Made by a program: the position numbers and the translations under genes. This document shows, one piece after another, positions 1-11,935 of a stretch of 64,000 bases of DNA. Within the stretch, counting starts at the first letter, position 1, and each line of letters starts with the position of its first letter. The stretch comes from Lama guanicoe (taxonomy: Eukaryota), in contig MU053934.1 of assembly GCA_013239625.1 (NCBI GenBank), forward strand, positions 8,577,352 to 8,641,351, written 5' to 3'. Below the pieces are notes generated by a model that saw only the letters and a list, made by a program, of their open reading frames with translations, did no database searches and was not told the DNA's origin.

Positions 1-300
1 ACTGGGGCATTCAGAGAGGCTGCATGGAGGAGGCAGCCTCTGAGTGGTTCCTGGAGTGATGGGCAGGCTGTTGCTAGGCGGCAGACACAAGAAAGGATGG
101 TGGGCTGAGGCTCCGTGGGTAGGAGGGCTAGACTGGTGAGCTCACATAGGAACCATGGAGGGAGGCAGCAAAGGGTAGGGAGCGTGCTAAGGGTGCCAAG
201 CTTTGTCTAGGAGGCAGTGGGGAGCCATGCAAGGTTCTTGAGGAGAAGCAAACGACATGTTCAGAGTAACCCTTTTCAGAAGCTCAGGCTGACAGCACAA
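1..300. mobile_element. L2 LINE fragment
   Basis: L2-like motifs such as ggaggaggcagc and ggcagtggggagccatg..aggtt; boundaries approximate. Confidence 0.5.
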
Positions 301-879
301 GGATGTGTGTTTATACCTTTGTCTTGAACTGAAAAAGATAAATTGTCAAATGAGAGGAAGTTAACTTGTTCTGTGTCTCATACTCCCCTCAAAGGTGGAC
401 TGTGGGTAGGGATAGGGTTACAGAGCTAGGTTTGATGGAAGCCAAAATGAGGGAAAGCCTAGGCTTCAAAACCAGCCAACAGTGGACTGTCTGCTATCAG
501 ATAGTGAGTTCCCCACCACTGGAGGTATGTAAGTGGATCTCCAGATCTAATTAGATGAGATTTATACACAAGGATTTTCCATCCGCCATCACTGCACCCC
601 AGTGGGTTTCCTGGGTTCTTTTCTGTTGTCTCTGCTATTGACTTCTCGTCTTCCAGACTATTCTGCCAGGTTACTCCTTTAAGGAAGAACCATTCACACA
701 GGAGTGTCCGTGACCCTCTTCCAGCAGTACTCACCTCTGCCAAGAAGCTCCTGCCATGGGGGCACCTAACGGAAGCCACCTTCCAGTAGGGATGGACTTC
801 ATGGCAGCTGTGTTCTGGGTCCTTGGACCACCTGAAAGTCACCGTAGCCTCCCTGTTCCGAATGGCAAGCCTGTCTTTT

Positions 880-1550
880 TGTAATTAATTAGTATTCCTT
901 TGGGAGACACTTGGCGATTCTATAAACACCCTGTTCCTCATGGGAGTTGTGTGGGCTAGCTTTGGCCTCTGTTGCCGTTTCTCGGCTTGATTATTACTAA
1001 AATGGGTGCCAAACAGTGACTGGGATTCCTGGTTGGCACTTTACTGTAAGAAAGAGCCTTCTCTTCTGGTTTATTTATGTCAGTATGGACTTGTGATTTC
1101 CCATTTTATTTGGTGGGTTAAAATCCATGACTGTATTTATCTTGATGCTCAAATTGTTCGAATTTGGCCAAGCGGGCTTAAGCCTAGCTCTGTGTCCCTC
1201 AGACACGCCCCGTCCCTCTGAGCACTTCCGTTACTTTCTAGCACCAGGAGATGCTCTGCCCAGCCTGGGAATTGCCGTTCCTCTTAGTGGAGGGTGCTCC
1301 TAAGGCCCTGGAAGCAATGTGCTAGTTGCTCTTGGGGTGTTACGGCTCCTAGGCCAGTCGGTAGACAGTTGGGGGGGTGCGTGTGTGTGTACATAAGCAC
1401 GCACACACATCAACCTCGGTCTCACATTCACACTTACCTATTCCTACTGGTACCCATACGTTCACACCGACATCTACACCAGTTCCAGCCCTACCCCACG
1501 ATTGTTCTAGTTTTCTCACTTTCTCTATTTGTAATGTCTCTTCTCTGACA
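880..1550 (-). mobile_element. Old L1 (L1MC/MD-like) 3' region fragment
   Basis: Recalled similarity: gatgctcaaattgtt..atttggcc, cagtatggact and ttccagccctacccca; boundaries approximate. Confidence 0.5.
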
Positions 1551-2472
1551 GTGACAGACTGGCTTCTGCTGCCCCTGCTTGTCCGACTTGCCACGTGTCT
1601 GACGACCCTGTGTGGCCGCCTCTCACTCACTGAGGCTCCATTACCGCTCGGGCTGCCCTGCCCCCACCCAGCACCTTCCGGCTTGCACGCTTGGCTGCAA
1701 ACCTTGGGTCTCCTCTCATGCCTCTGGCTCCGGTGCTGTCCCCACCCTGCCTGGGCTCAGACACCTCCCTCGGGCTGTCGTCGCTCCTGTCCCCACCCCG
1801 CCCAGGCCGGCTTAGTCGCTGACTCCAGGAGGCGGGTGGTTGGGGAGACTGATTTATAACATTTGCAGATTTCTGTGGTGACACTCCTGCCACTGTGGCC
1901 AGTGTTCCCCCTGGACACAGGCCTGGGAGGAAATGGGCGGCTGTCACCTCTGTGTCCGTTCCACCCCTCAGATGCAGCAGGCAGAACAGCACAGGGATGC
2001 CAGCCTTCCGGGCTCAGCCCAGTGGCTTTGGACTGAATTACTCAGGAAGGACGGGGGGCAGCAAGCTGAGAAGTGCCTCGTTTACGTGGGCGCCTCGTGC
2101 TGCGGGTGGCTGTGCTGAGGCTCGGCTGTCCCTGCTACGTGAGCACACAGCTAAGTCCCCCACCCGGGGCCGACTCCCAGCAGAGGTGGGGCTGTTGCCA
2201 AGTTGCTGTCCAATGTGTGTCCCCAGCCTCGGCCCCAGAGTGAGCACCTGTCAGTGGGGGCTCTGATCTTGCAAACTGTGAAGTGCGGCGTGTACACTGG
2301 CGGTGGTGGCCATGGAGTCCTGACAGTCTCCTACTTTTGGTTCAGTGTCCTTAAATTGGCCAGAAAACGGAAGGTTCTGAGACTTGCCGTCGAGGCCACG
2401 GCTCTGCGGTTCTGCAGCTTAGAGCGTGTGTCTGCGTCTCGTGCTCTGAAGCCGTCTCCCCTCCCTCCACAG

Positions 2473-2559
2473 GCACAGGAAGAACCTGAAGGCCCTGTAC
2501 GTCGTGCACCCCACCAACTTCATCAGAGTCCTGTGGAACATCCTCAGACCCCTCATCAG
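2473..2559 (+). CDS. ARHGAP8: ARHGAP8 coding exon, BCH/CRAL-TRIO domain ([28 protein letters not shown])
   Basis: Acceptor ccacAG at 2471-2472 and donor GTgcgg at 2560; 87 nt. Translation matches recalled human [29 protein letters not shown]. Confidence 0.93.
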
Positions 2560-3574
2560 GTGCGGGGCGCGCTCTGCCCGGATGTCCCTGGGTGGGACAG
2601 CCTTCACCGTCCGGGCGCCGGGGAGGCCGTGACCCTGGGGTCCCCGCCCAGCCCGGGGTCGTGAACAGGCGTGCCGGCTCTCGACCGCGGCGAGGTTTGC
2701 TCCTGGTATTTTAAATCCCTCCTTGGCCTGAGCACCCATCTTGTGCTCTCGGGTCCCGAGACCACCGTCAAGTTTAATGACTCCCCACGAGGACTCCCAG
2801 AACCCAGGAAAGCTGTTATACTCGCAGGTACGGTCTCTGCAGAGAAGGAGCCAGGTGGGATCTGGAAAAGGCCTGTAGGGGGAGAACAGGCAGATCACGC
2901 CAAGCCCCCCGCTGTCCGCCCCGGGGGATTCACAGGCCACCCCCGGTCTCCCAGCCACGACGTGTGGCCCCAGCAGAGTGTCGCACCCAGGGAAACTCGC
3001 GCGAGCCTGGTGTCCAGTCATCTAGACAGGCCAGTCCGAGGCCCCCGCCATGAACCACGTGGTTGGCGTCTTGTTCCTCTGTGTTGCCGCTTAACCAGGA
3101 CCAGCATGCTGGGGCCACGGCTGACAGAGAGAGAAAGCCAGTGCCGGCTCCCCGCTGCCCGGGAGGGCAGTTCAGATGTTCCTCTGCTTATTGGTGCCAT
3201 CGTTCACCTTGGGGAAGCCCTGAGGGTTCTGGAAACCTCTTAAGTCCTTCTTGGAAGAACACCCCCCAGCTCCTGCTGTGGGCGGCATGGCCGCCCGGGT
3301 GACAGGGTGGTTCTGGAGCCGGACCTCCTGGCTTGACTGGGCTGCCTTGAACATCTGTCACCCTCGGCAATAGATGCCACATGCCACCTCTCTGCCTCGG
3401 TGTCCTTGTGGCTGACAATGCTACTTCAGTCATTCTGCCGCTGTACCAAGAACTGACTCAATACACGTGCAGTGTTTTGAGCAGGGCCTGCCCAGCGCTA
3501 GCAAACACTCACTATTAGCTGCTAGGGTTGTTTAAAATTTTTTTTAATTATCCTTTTATGATTAATTAATTAAT

Positions 3575-3755
3575 TACAATACATTGGGTACTTTATATGC
3601 AAGGCGCCCCCAAACAATTCTATGAAGTCAGCTATATTTCCTTATTCCAAAGGAGAGGAGGCTGATGCTCAGAGAGGTTAAGGAGCTTGCCTGAGGTCAC
3701 ACAGCAAGTCAGGGCTTGGCTGGGATTCCAACTCAAGCCTGTCTGGTCCTGCCCC
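3575..3755 (-). mobile_element. MIR SINE
   Basis: MIR core gctcagagaggttaag..ttgcctgaggtcacacagc..ggctgggattc. Confidence 0.75.
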
Positions 3756-4319
3756 TTATCCTGCCTCAGGCAAGAACATAAGCAGGTACCATGAGCGGTC
3801 TGCAGAGATCAGGCTTGGGGCCCTAAAACTCCCCGGCCTGATGGCTATCACCTGGCTGGCTGCCCACCTGAACCCGGGAGTCCTCAGCTGACAGTGGAGG
3901 ACATGGACAAGAACAGGGGCTCTCCACTGCCCACGTGCTGCCTGACTCTGACCCTCTGGAGGTGAGGCCTGGCGATGCCACCACTCACCCGCGTTGGGGT
4001 CCCCTGGATGGGCTGCCAAGAGTCCCTTTCCTGGGTGTGATAGGCAGGGAGGGCCCTGTTTGCTCTGCAGAGCCTGCCATCCAGCAAATGCCTGGCTGGC
4101 TGGAGGGCAGGCAGAAACTCAGAGAGAAAGTTGAAGGGGGCTCCTGCATGACAGGAGTTGGCACAAGGGACCTGTGTCCTTGCAGACAAATCACGGGAGG
4201 CCCCCACAGTGCAAGTGGCCAGGGGTCCGGGCACCCTGTCTGACTCCCCCTCATCCACTAGGGGGAGCCGGTGCACGCGGCTCCGCCTCCCGTGGGCTCC
4301 GGGCTCTCGCCAGGTCAGT

Positions 4320-4645
4320 GATAAAACAGCTCGGTTTCAGTTACACAAGGTGAAGAGGTTTTAGAGACCTGCAGGACCGCGGAGAGCCTGCAGTGAACAA
4401 TACGGTATCGTGCTCTTGAAAACTCGTTAAGAGGGTACCCCTCATGTTAAGTTAAAAAGAAAAAAAAAGCAAAGGGCCACAGGGAAACCTGTAGGAGCAT
4501 GGTTATACTTGCTACCTGATTGTGGTGCTGGTGTCCCAGTGTATACATACGTCCAAACTCATCGAGCTTGGACGATTTCACGATCGAATTGTGAAATGCA
4601 TCAAATTGTGTGTATATCAGTCAGACTTCAAGAAAGCTGGAAACC
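4320..4645 (+). mobile_element. L1MB-like 3' end fragment
   Basis: gttaagagggta..ctcatgttaag and tgattgtggtg..catacgtccaaactcatc are typical of L1M 3'UTRs. Confidence 0.65.
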
Positions 4646-5393
4646 ACGGAGCCGTCAGGTGGTGATCATTCACTAGGTGCTGACGTGGGCCCGGCGTTTA
4701 ACTTCTGTGCCTCCTGGTCGCCCCACTTTGCAGCTGGGGAAACCGAGGCTCGTTAATGACGATAGTCATGGACTGTGATGTCTGCCAGGTGTCAGACAGC
4801 GGACTGGTTTAAGTAGCCTCCTATTTACGCAGGAGAACTGACCCCATTCGGGGGGAGGGCAGGGGTCCTGAAAGGTGGGCGAGTGGATTCCGCCAGGACT
4901 TACCTGCGTCATGCCTGCTCCATGGTGGACCCCTGGGGGGACCCAGGGTGTCTTGTTCGGTCCCTGCAGTAACGCGAAATTGGATGTGGTCACCACCCTC
5001 GCCGAGAGGGGGACTGGGGGGTTCAAATGTGCAACCAGCAGCGACCCCAGAGGCCACAGGCCCCACGAGCCCCTCTCCGTGCCCCTCTCTGCCCCGGCGG
5101 CGCAGGGCTCCCCGGCTCCCGCTCTCCTCCATCTGTGCAAATTCACCGCAATTCAAACTGGAGGCACATATTTATTTTTATGCAGATGAGACTCTCCGGA
5201 GTATTTGGTGCATCCGAGATCTTATGAAAGCGAACATCTGCAGACGTGCGCTGCCTCTGTTACATCCTGGCTTTAGGTTGTGTCAGCATTTACATTTTCT
5301 TAATATGAAAAATGCCAGCATCTCTGTTCTTCCAGGGCTCCCGCTGCCAGCCCCCTCCCCGGCCCCCGGCCTCTCTCTCGCCACCTTATCGGG

Positions 5394-5432
<39 letters not shown>

Positions 5433-5433
5433 T
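5394..5433 (+). repeat. Poly-T tract (T10-ctc-T27) forming the polypyrimidine tract of an ARHGAP8 acceptor
   Basis: Read directly from the sequence. Confidence 0.95.
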
Positions 5434-5450
5434 CTTTACTGCTTTTTCAG

Positions 5451-5549
5451 TCACAAGTTTGGGAAAAAAGTCACCTATTTCAACTATCTGAGTGAGCTCC
5501 GTGAACACCTCAAAGACGACCAGCTGATCGTCCCCCCGGAGGTGCTGCG
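5451..5549 (+). CDS. ARHGAP8: ARHGAP8 coding exon ([34 protein letters not shown])
   Basis: Long poly-T tract ending in tttcAG, donor GTgaga; 99 nt, phase 2-2. Matches the ARHGAP8 BCH C-terminus. Confidence 0.95.
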
Positions 5550-6857
5550 GTGAGACCCTGTCCCGGGAGGTGGGGACTGGGCCCCCGGGCTTCCGCAGCC
5601 TCCGTCCCATCCTGTGAACACTGAAGGCTTAATTTCCAAATGTGTGCCCGGCCAGATCTGGTTGTGAAATCTGCTGCCTCAACAAAGATTCGCAGTAAAA
5701 GATGCTAACTGCTGACGCAGGGAGACGAGGCTGCGGACGGCTGTGTACACGGAGGCGATGCTTTCCTCACCCACCGTTGCAGAACTGATTAAAAAAAATA
5801 AGCCACGACGGGGAATGCTGTTTGCTGCCTTAGAGTTGACCGCTTTTGCTTTTGAGCAGAAAATTAGGGGGATTTCTAATTCTAGGGAATGTGGATAATG
5901 CTGTGTACAGAATGGAATGTTCTCCAGCACATCGCAGGTGCTCTGGAGAGCAGCCCACCTGGTGCTTCTGGCTGAAAGCCTGTCTAACGTGTCTGCTACT
6001 TTGTTTTATATGGCAGTGGTCCACCACCCGCCCCGCCCCCAGCGACAGTCTCTCAGGTAGGGTCAGGCGGGCTGAGAGGGCCCAGAGGGCCGTGTGGTCG
6101 GCCCTGGCCCCATACTGTCAGCTCCGGGCAAAGCCGGATCTCTGAGCCCTCCCTGAGTGCCCTCCGCCCTTTGCATCTCCCTCTCTGGGGGGGCTTCTTT
6201 GAAGGAGCAGGGCCCCTGCTAAGCTGCATGCGGGTGAATCCACAGCCCTGCAGGAGGAGTGACAGTGTTTCGCTCCCTCTGGGTGCCAAGTCACAGCCAG
6301 GTTCTGGGGATATCAAGCTGTGTTAGGGAGTGTGTCTGCCCACAGGACACTTGCAGGTAGTGGGGCCACAAGTCAGTGACAGTAGGAGCTGAAAGAGGCA
6401 CTGAACCCAGCTGGGGAGGGGACTAGTGAGGAGGGATATCAGGGAAGGCTTCCAGGAGGAGGTGACTCCTGAAGTGAGTTTCAGAGGGACAATTGGCTAG
6501 ATCGAGAGGCCAGGGAAGGATGTTTCTAGCAGAGGGAAGCTGTTGTGTAGACACGTGGGTGAAATATTGGCCAGGGGTTGGCAGGAGAGACTGGATGCTG
6601 GATAGAGGTTGGATTACCCTTGCTGGCTTCTGTGTGAACACCCCATGGCTACGGGGATCTCGAGGGTGCATGTGTCTGTGTGTGCACATGCGAGACAGCA
6701 GTATGACACACAGGCCTGGAAGATGAGACCCTCAGGTCTCCTGCAGACATTTGTCGGACATCTGGCCCCAGACAGCCCCTGGAGGTGGCCCTTGGTGGCC
6801 CGAGGCTTCTCCCTGCACGGTGACATGGTGACAGCTGTACTTCTGTTGTGTCCCCAG

Positions 6858-6968
6858 GCACGACGAGGAGCTTCGGAACCTGCACACAGGCAGGCTGCCC
6901 CCTCCCACCAAGACGCCGCCGCCGCGGCCCCCTCTGCCCACCCAGCAGTTTGGAGTCAGTCTGAAATA
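6858..6968 (+). CDS. ARHGAP8: ARHGAP8 coding exon, proline-rich linker ([36 protein letters not shown])
   Basis: ccccAG acceptor and GTaagt donor; 111 nt. Carries the PPPRPPLP motif characteristic of ARHGAP1/ARHGAP8. Confidence 0.95.
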
Positions 6969-9894
6969 GTAAGTGAGCTGGGACGTGGTCTGCTCTGCTT
7001 CCTGGAACCGCGGAGCGCTTCCGCGTGCTGGGAGCTTTTCCCGACCTCTCCTCCAGCAGCCAAGCTTAACCCTGCAGGGAAGCTGAAGTGTGAGCTTGTC
7101 ACTGAGGCTGGAGTGCCCGTCGCTGCTGTGTGTGTCCATGTGTCTCTGTGCAGAGGACCCAGCAGCGGGTGGGGAGGGCATCAGGGACCTGGGGTCCTCG
7201 TCCAGCTTTTGTCACCACTGCTCACTGGCCAGTTCTGGCCCATGACCCCCAGGCCATGGCCGGGACGCCTCCCACCACCTTCCACGTGAGCTGTGGCCAC
7301 ATGCTTTGCTCTGGCCGAGGAGATAGGAGTGGCCATGGGGCGGGTCACATCCAGGAGGGAGCTTTGGGGGCCAATTCATGGTTTGCCTCTCGTGGTGACA
7401 GAAGCAGCTGGACATGGTGCCCAGCCGGCCTGTGTCCCCGAGTGACTACAGAGTGTCTCCCACTGACACCTACACCGATGGGGAGCACGAGTGACAGGTG
7501 AACTTCTGTTGGGCTCAGCTGCCCGCATTTAGGGACCGTTGTTGTTGCAGTGTACCCTCCCCTTCCTGACCGACCTTAGCCTTATTAGCCATTAGCCATG
7601 TGACCTTGAACTCACTCCCCCTCTCAGCTTGTTTCCTTATTTCTGCAGTCAGGGAGCTGGATGATGTGATCTTTACTTCTTGTTAAGGCTTCTGGGGCTA
7701 CCTCTGCAGGCCAGCTTCGTCTCTTTGAAGACATCCCAACGGTACCTCCTCCAAGAAGCCCTCCCTGATGCTCCAGGCGGCCCACAGGGCCCTCCTCCGT
7801 GGCAGCCTCGATCTGAGCAGGCTGCCGTGGGGAGTCTCCCCTGCCATCTCCCCTGCCCAGTGGCGAGCTCCTGCCCATCCTCCTCACCTCTTCTTCCAGC
7901 ATCTGGGATGACGGAAGGTGAAGGGCTTGTTTTAACCACACAACCACCATCGGGCACTTGGGTCTGAGCTGCCTGATGCAGAGGGAAGCCGGGGCCTGGA
8001 GGGTCGTGGATCCCCGGGAGCAGTCTGCTCGCTTTCATTTGTTCGTCGTTTCTGGTCAGAACCTTGCATGTGCTCTGCATGTGGTGCCCTGTAGACCTAG
8101 GCTGGTTCTTGTAACACTGAAGGGTTATGAACCGAGGTGGCTCTGGGAGAGCCCAGGCCAGGGAAGGCGGCGGGAGTGCCACCTTGGGTGTGTCCCAGCA
8201 GCTAAAGATGGACTGTCACTTTCTATAACTTTGTGCGGTGGTGGACATGATCTGTACTGTCCACATGTGAGTTTTTGAGCAGTGCAGGTGAGGCACGAAA
8301 TGTCTAACTTTATTTAGCTTTAACTGCTTTGAACTGAGATGCCCACTGGCTGCCTGGGGGGCCGTGAGGCCCTGGACTGCGGGGTGTGGTGTTTCTTCAG
8401 AGAGGCTTTTTGTAAGCGCTTAGTGAGTATAGTGTATGTTCAAATGTGATCTCCCTAAATGTGTCTGGAGGAAAAGTTTACCGAACAGCGCTTCCTTTTC
8501 CTTTATCACTCATTGTAAAAACGTGCTGGCGTGACCCACTTGTGTGGTGTGACTGGGGAACGCGCCTGCAGTGACCCTGGGCCCCTCTGGGGGGCGCTGG
8601 CGAGAACGTGGTGCTCAGAGGCGGGTTCTAGGGAGGTTTAGACGGCAGGGCCTGGATTTTCAAGCACCTGTGACCATTTCCCCAGAGTTTCCGAGGCTCC
8701 TGCTGTCGGCCCTGTGTGCTCAGCCCAATATGGGTTCTGTGTGCGGGTGTGACCTGACACACGGGGGTCCAGAGCGGCTATGTCGAAGCCACTGGCATTT
8801 CTGTCATCAATCCCTTAGCCCGAGGACTAGCAGTGCCTCCTGGTTTGCCTTTTCAGAACCACTTCTGTCCCCTTACCATCTAACAAAGCTTAAAAAAGGA
8901 AAAAAAAAAAAAAAGGAAACTCACCCAACTCGTGGACTTCTGAAGCCATCCACCTGAGCACAGCGCAGGGGGCTGTCTGTAATTTAACCCAGCCCTCTGA
9001 AGTTCCCCAGGGCACCTTAAGCCTTGTGTTTCTAGCAGGTGCCTTTTGAAAACGGCTGACGCAGCATTTGAACCCCAGAGCTGTCAGCAGATGGGAGGCG
9101 CATAGTACAGATGTCTGTTATGAAGGCTTGGTTCACCCCTGTCCCAGGACTGGCTGTAACTGTGCACATCAGTTCCTTGTGTCTTTAGGGAGTGAGGCGT
9201 ACCAGTGGGCAACCTTTGAAAAACATGCTGCACGTGCCCCTTTGAGAGAGAATCCATGCAATTGCCTCTTTAAATGAATATTTTATGCTGTTTCATTGCG
9301 AATGACTATAATAAAATGGCAATAAGCACATTAAATAAAGCACCAAATATGTAATTTGTTTGGACTATGAATGAATGAATGTCATTAAAATTCATAAGCA
9401 GATCCTATTCACAAATGTTAATTCACTGAGTGAAGTTCAAAAGCACAGACAGGAAGTTATCACCTTAGAACAAGCTAATTAAGTTAACATATTAAGGGGA
9501 AGCCAGAGATTCAAAGAGGCCTTCGCCTGCTTACTGTCCCCGAAGAGAGACAGGGAAGACGTACGTGTGTGTTTAGTACAGCCCTGTCTGGGCAGCTGTA
9601 GGGGGGTGGGAAGAGGGAGGGGCCTCTGTCAGCGGAGGAGGGGCACAGGTCCCAGTCCAGCTCCAGCACTTTCCAGCTTCGGGAAGTCGAGCTTGGCGTG
9701 TAACTTCTCACACCAGTCTCTTTCCCTGTAACTATAGGTGAAACCCTGCCCTCTGCACCCTCCAGGGGCACGGGATCTTAACAGGGTGTGCAGACAATGC
9801 GAGCTAGTTCCTGCTGCCCTCAAATTTGTGCTTTGCTCTTATTCACCCTCATAGTCCCCTCCTCCAGGAAGCCTTCCCTGATGGCGCCACACAG

Positions 9895-11935
9895 ATGGGG
9901 ATTTGTCGAAAAGGCTATTCTTTCCCCCACTGGATTGCCTTGGCACCCTTGTAAAGAACTAATTGACCATGAAAGTAAGCGTTAATTTCTGGGCTCTCAT
10001 TCTGTTCCATTGATCTGTGTGCTGGTGCCATCAATCTTTATTGCTGGCGCTCGATGGTAGGTTTTGCAGTTGGGAAATGCGACTCTTTCGACTTTGTTCT
10101 TTTTCAAGATGATTTCAGCTCTTCTGGGTCCTTGGAATTTCCGTATTCATTTTAGGATCAGCTTGTCAATTCCGCAACAACAACAAAAAAGCAGTGGGGT
10201 TTCAGGAGGGACAGTGCTGTCTCTGTAGGCCCACGTGGGAGGTATTGCCATTTTAACAGTGTTGTCTTCCAATTCACGAGCAGGGGATATCTTTCCATTT
10301 ATTTGAATCTTTTAAATTTCTTTCAGTGATATTTTATAGTTTTCAATGGACCAGTTTTGAACTTTTTTGCTATATTTTTTAAAGTATTTTTTCTTTGTGA
10401 TGCTATTGTAAATCAAATTGTTTTCTTAATTTCATTTTTTGATTGTTCATTGCTAGTGTATAGCCATACAGTTGATTTTTTATACTGATTTTATATCCTG
10501 TGACCTCGCTGAACTCACTTATTAGTTTGAATAGGTTTTTGTGATTTTTTTTTCAGTATTTTCTATATCCAAGGTCATGTCATCTGCAAATGGACATAGT
10601 TATTTTTTTCCAACCTGGGTGCCTTTCATTTCCTTTTCTTGTCTGATTGCACTGGCTATGCCCTCCAGTACAATGCTGAATAGAAGTGGTGACGGCGGGG
10701 ATGGGGGGTATAGCTTCGTGGTAAAATGCATGCTTAGTAAGTGCAAAGCCCCAAGTTCAATTCTTAGTACCGCCACTAAAATTTTTTTTTAAATTAAGAA
10801 TAATTAAAAAAAATAAAGTAGTGAGAGTGACGTCCTTGTTTTGTTCTTGATCTTAGAGGAAAGTGTTTCAGTCTTTTACCATTAAGTCTGATGCCAGCTG
10901 TGGGTTTTTCATGGACGCCTTTTATCAGGTTGAGGAAAATCCCTCCTGTTCCTGCTTTGTTGAGTGTTGGTTTTTTTTCTTTCATGAAAAGGTGTTGGAT
11001 TTTGTCATGCTTCCTTTGCTCTGTTGAGATGATCACTTGACTTTGGTCCCTCATTCTATTAATGTGGTTACACTGGTTGCCTTTCATATGTTGAACGAAC
11101 CTTATACTTCTGGGATATATCACACGTGTTCACAGTATGTAATCTTTTTATGTGTGGCTAGATTTGCTCTGCTAACGTTTTGTTGAGGATTTTGTGTCCA
11201 CGTATAAGAAATATTGATCTGTAGTCTTGTCTTGTGATGTCCTTGTCTGGTTTTGGTGTTACTAGCCTCACAGGAGGAACTGGAAAACGTTCCCTCCTCT
11301 TCTATTTTTTGGAAGCGTTTGTGCAGGATTTCTCTGAACATTTGGTAAAGTGCACTAGTGAAGCCATCTGATCTTGAGGTTTTGTTTGAGGCAAGTTTTC
11401 TTGATTACTCATTCAGTCTGTTTACTTGCCATTCTATTCAGAGTTTTTATTTCTTCTTGAGTCAGTTTTGGTAGTTTGTGTTTCTCTAGGAGTTTATCCG
11501 TTTCATCTCAGTGACCTTATTGTTTGGCACTGAGTTGTTCATAGTGCTCCCTTACACGTTTTGATTTCTGTGACGTCACTAGTCAGGGACCCTCTTCATT
11601 CCTGATTGCAGTGATTGAATCTCCTCCCTTTTCTTTCTTAGCCTTAGCTAGAGCCGTGTCAATTTCATCTACAGCCTTGTCGATTTCATCGATCTTTTCA
11701 AGGAGCCGACCTTTGGTTTTCATGACTTTTCTCTATTATTTTTCTATTCTCTGTTTACTTCACTCTAATCTTTATTGTTTCCTTTCTTCTGCTTGTTTTG
11801 GGTTTAATTTGCTCTTCTGTTTCTAGTTTCTTAGGGTGGAAGTTTGGTTGTCGATCTGAGATCTTCCTTCTTTTCAATACAGGCGTTTACAGCTGTAAGT
11901 TTCTCTGAGCCCTGCTTCAGATGTGTCCCGTAAGC
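9895..11935 (-). mobile_element. Degenerate L1 ORF2 (RT region) fragment, antisense in ARHGAP8 intron
   Basis: Minus-strand ORFs give L1 ORF2-like peptides (KIQHLFM, LNLIKGVHEKPTAGIRLNGKRLKHFPLRSRTKQG, FQKIEEEG). Confidence 0.9.
10693..10811 (+). mobile_element. tRNA-Ala-derived SINE (vic-1-like) nested in L1
   Basis: gggtatagct..gtggta..tgcatgcttag..gttcaat head and AT-rich tail. Degenerate TSD aatagaagtggtga / aataaagtagtga. Confidence 0.8.

Noticed and set aside
6609..7289. 226-aa ORF, the longest in the track
   Set aside because: It overlaps an ARHGAP8 exon in the wrong frame; GC-rich, stop-poor sequence with no recognisable domain.
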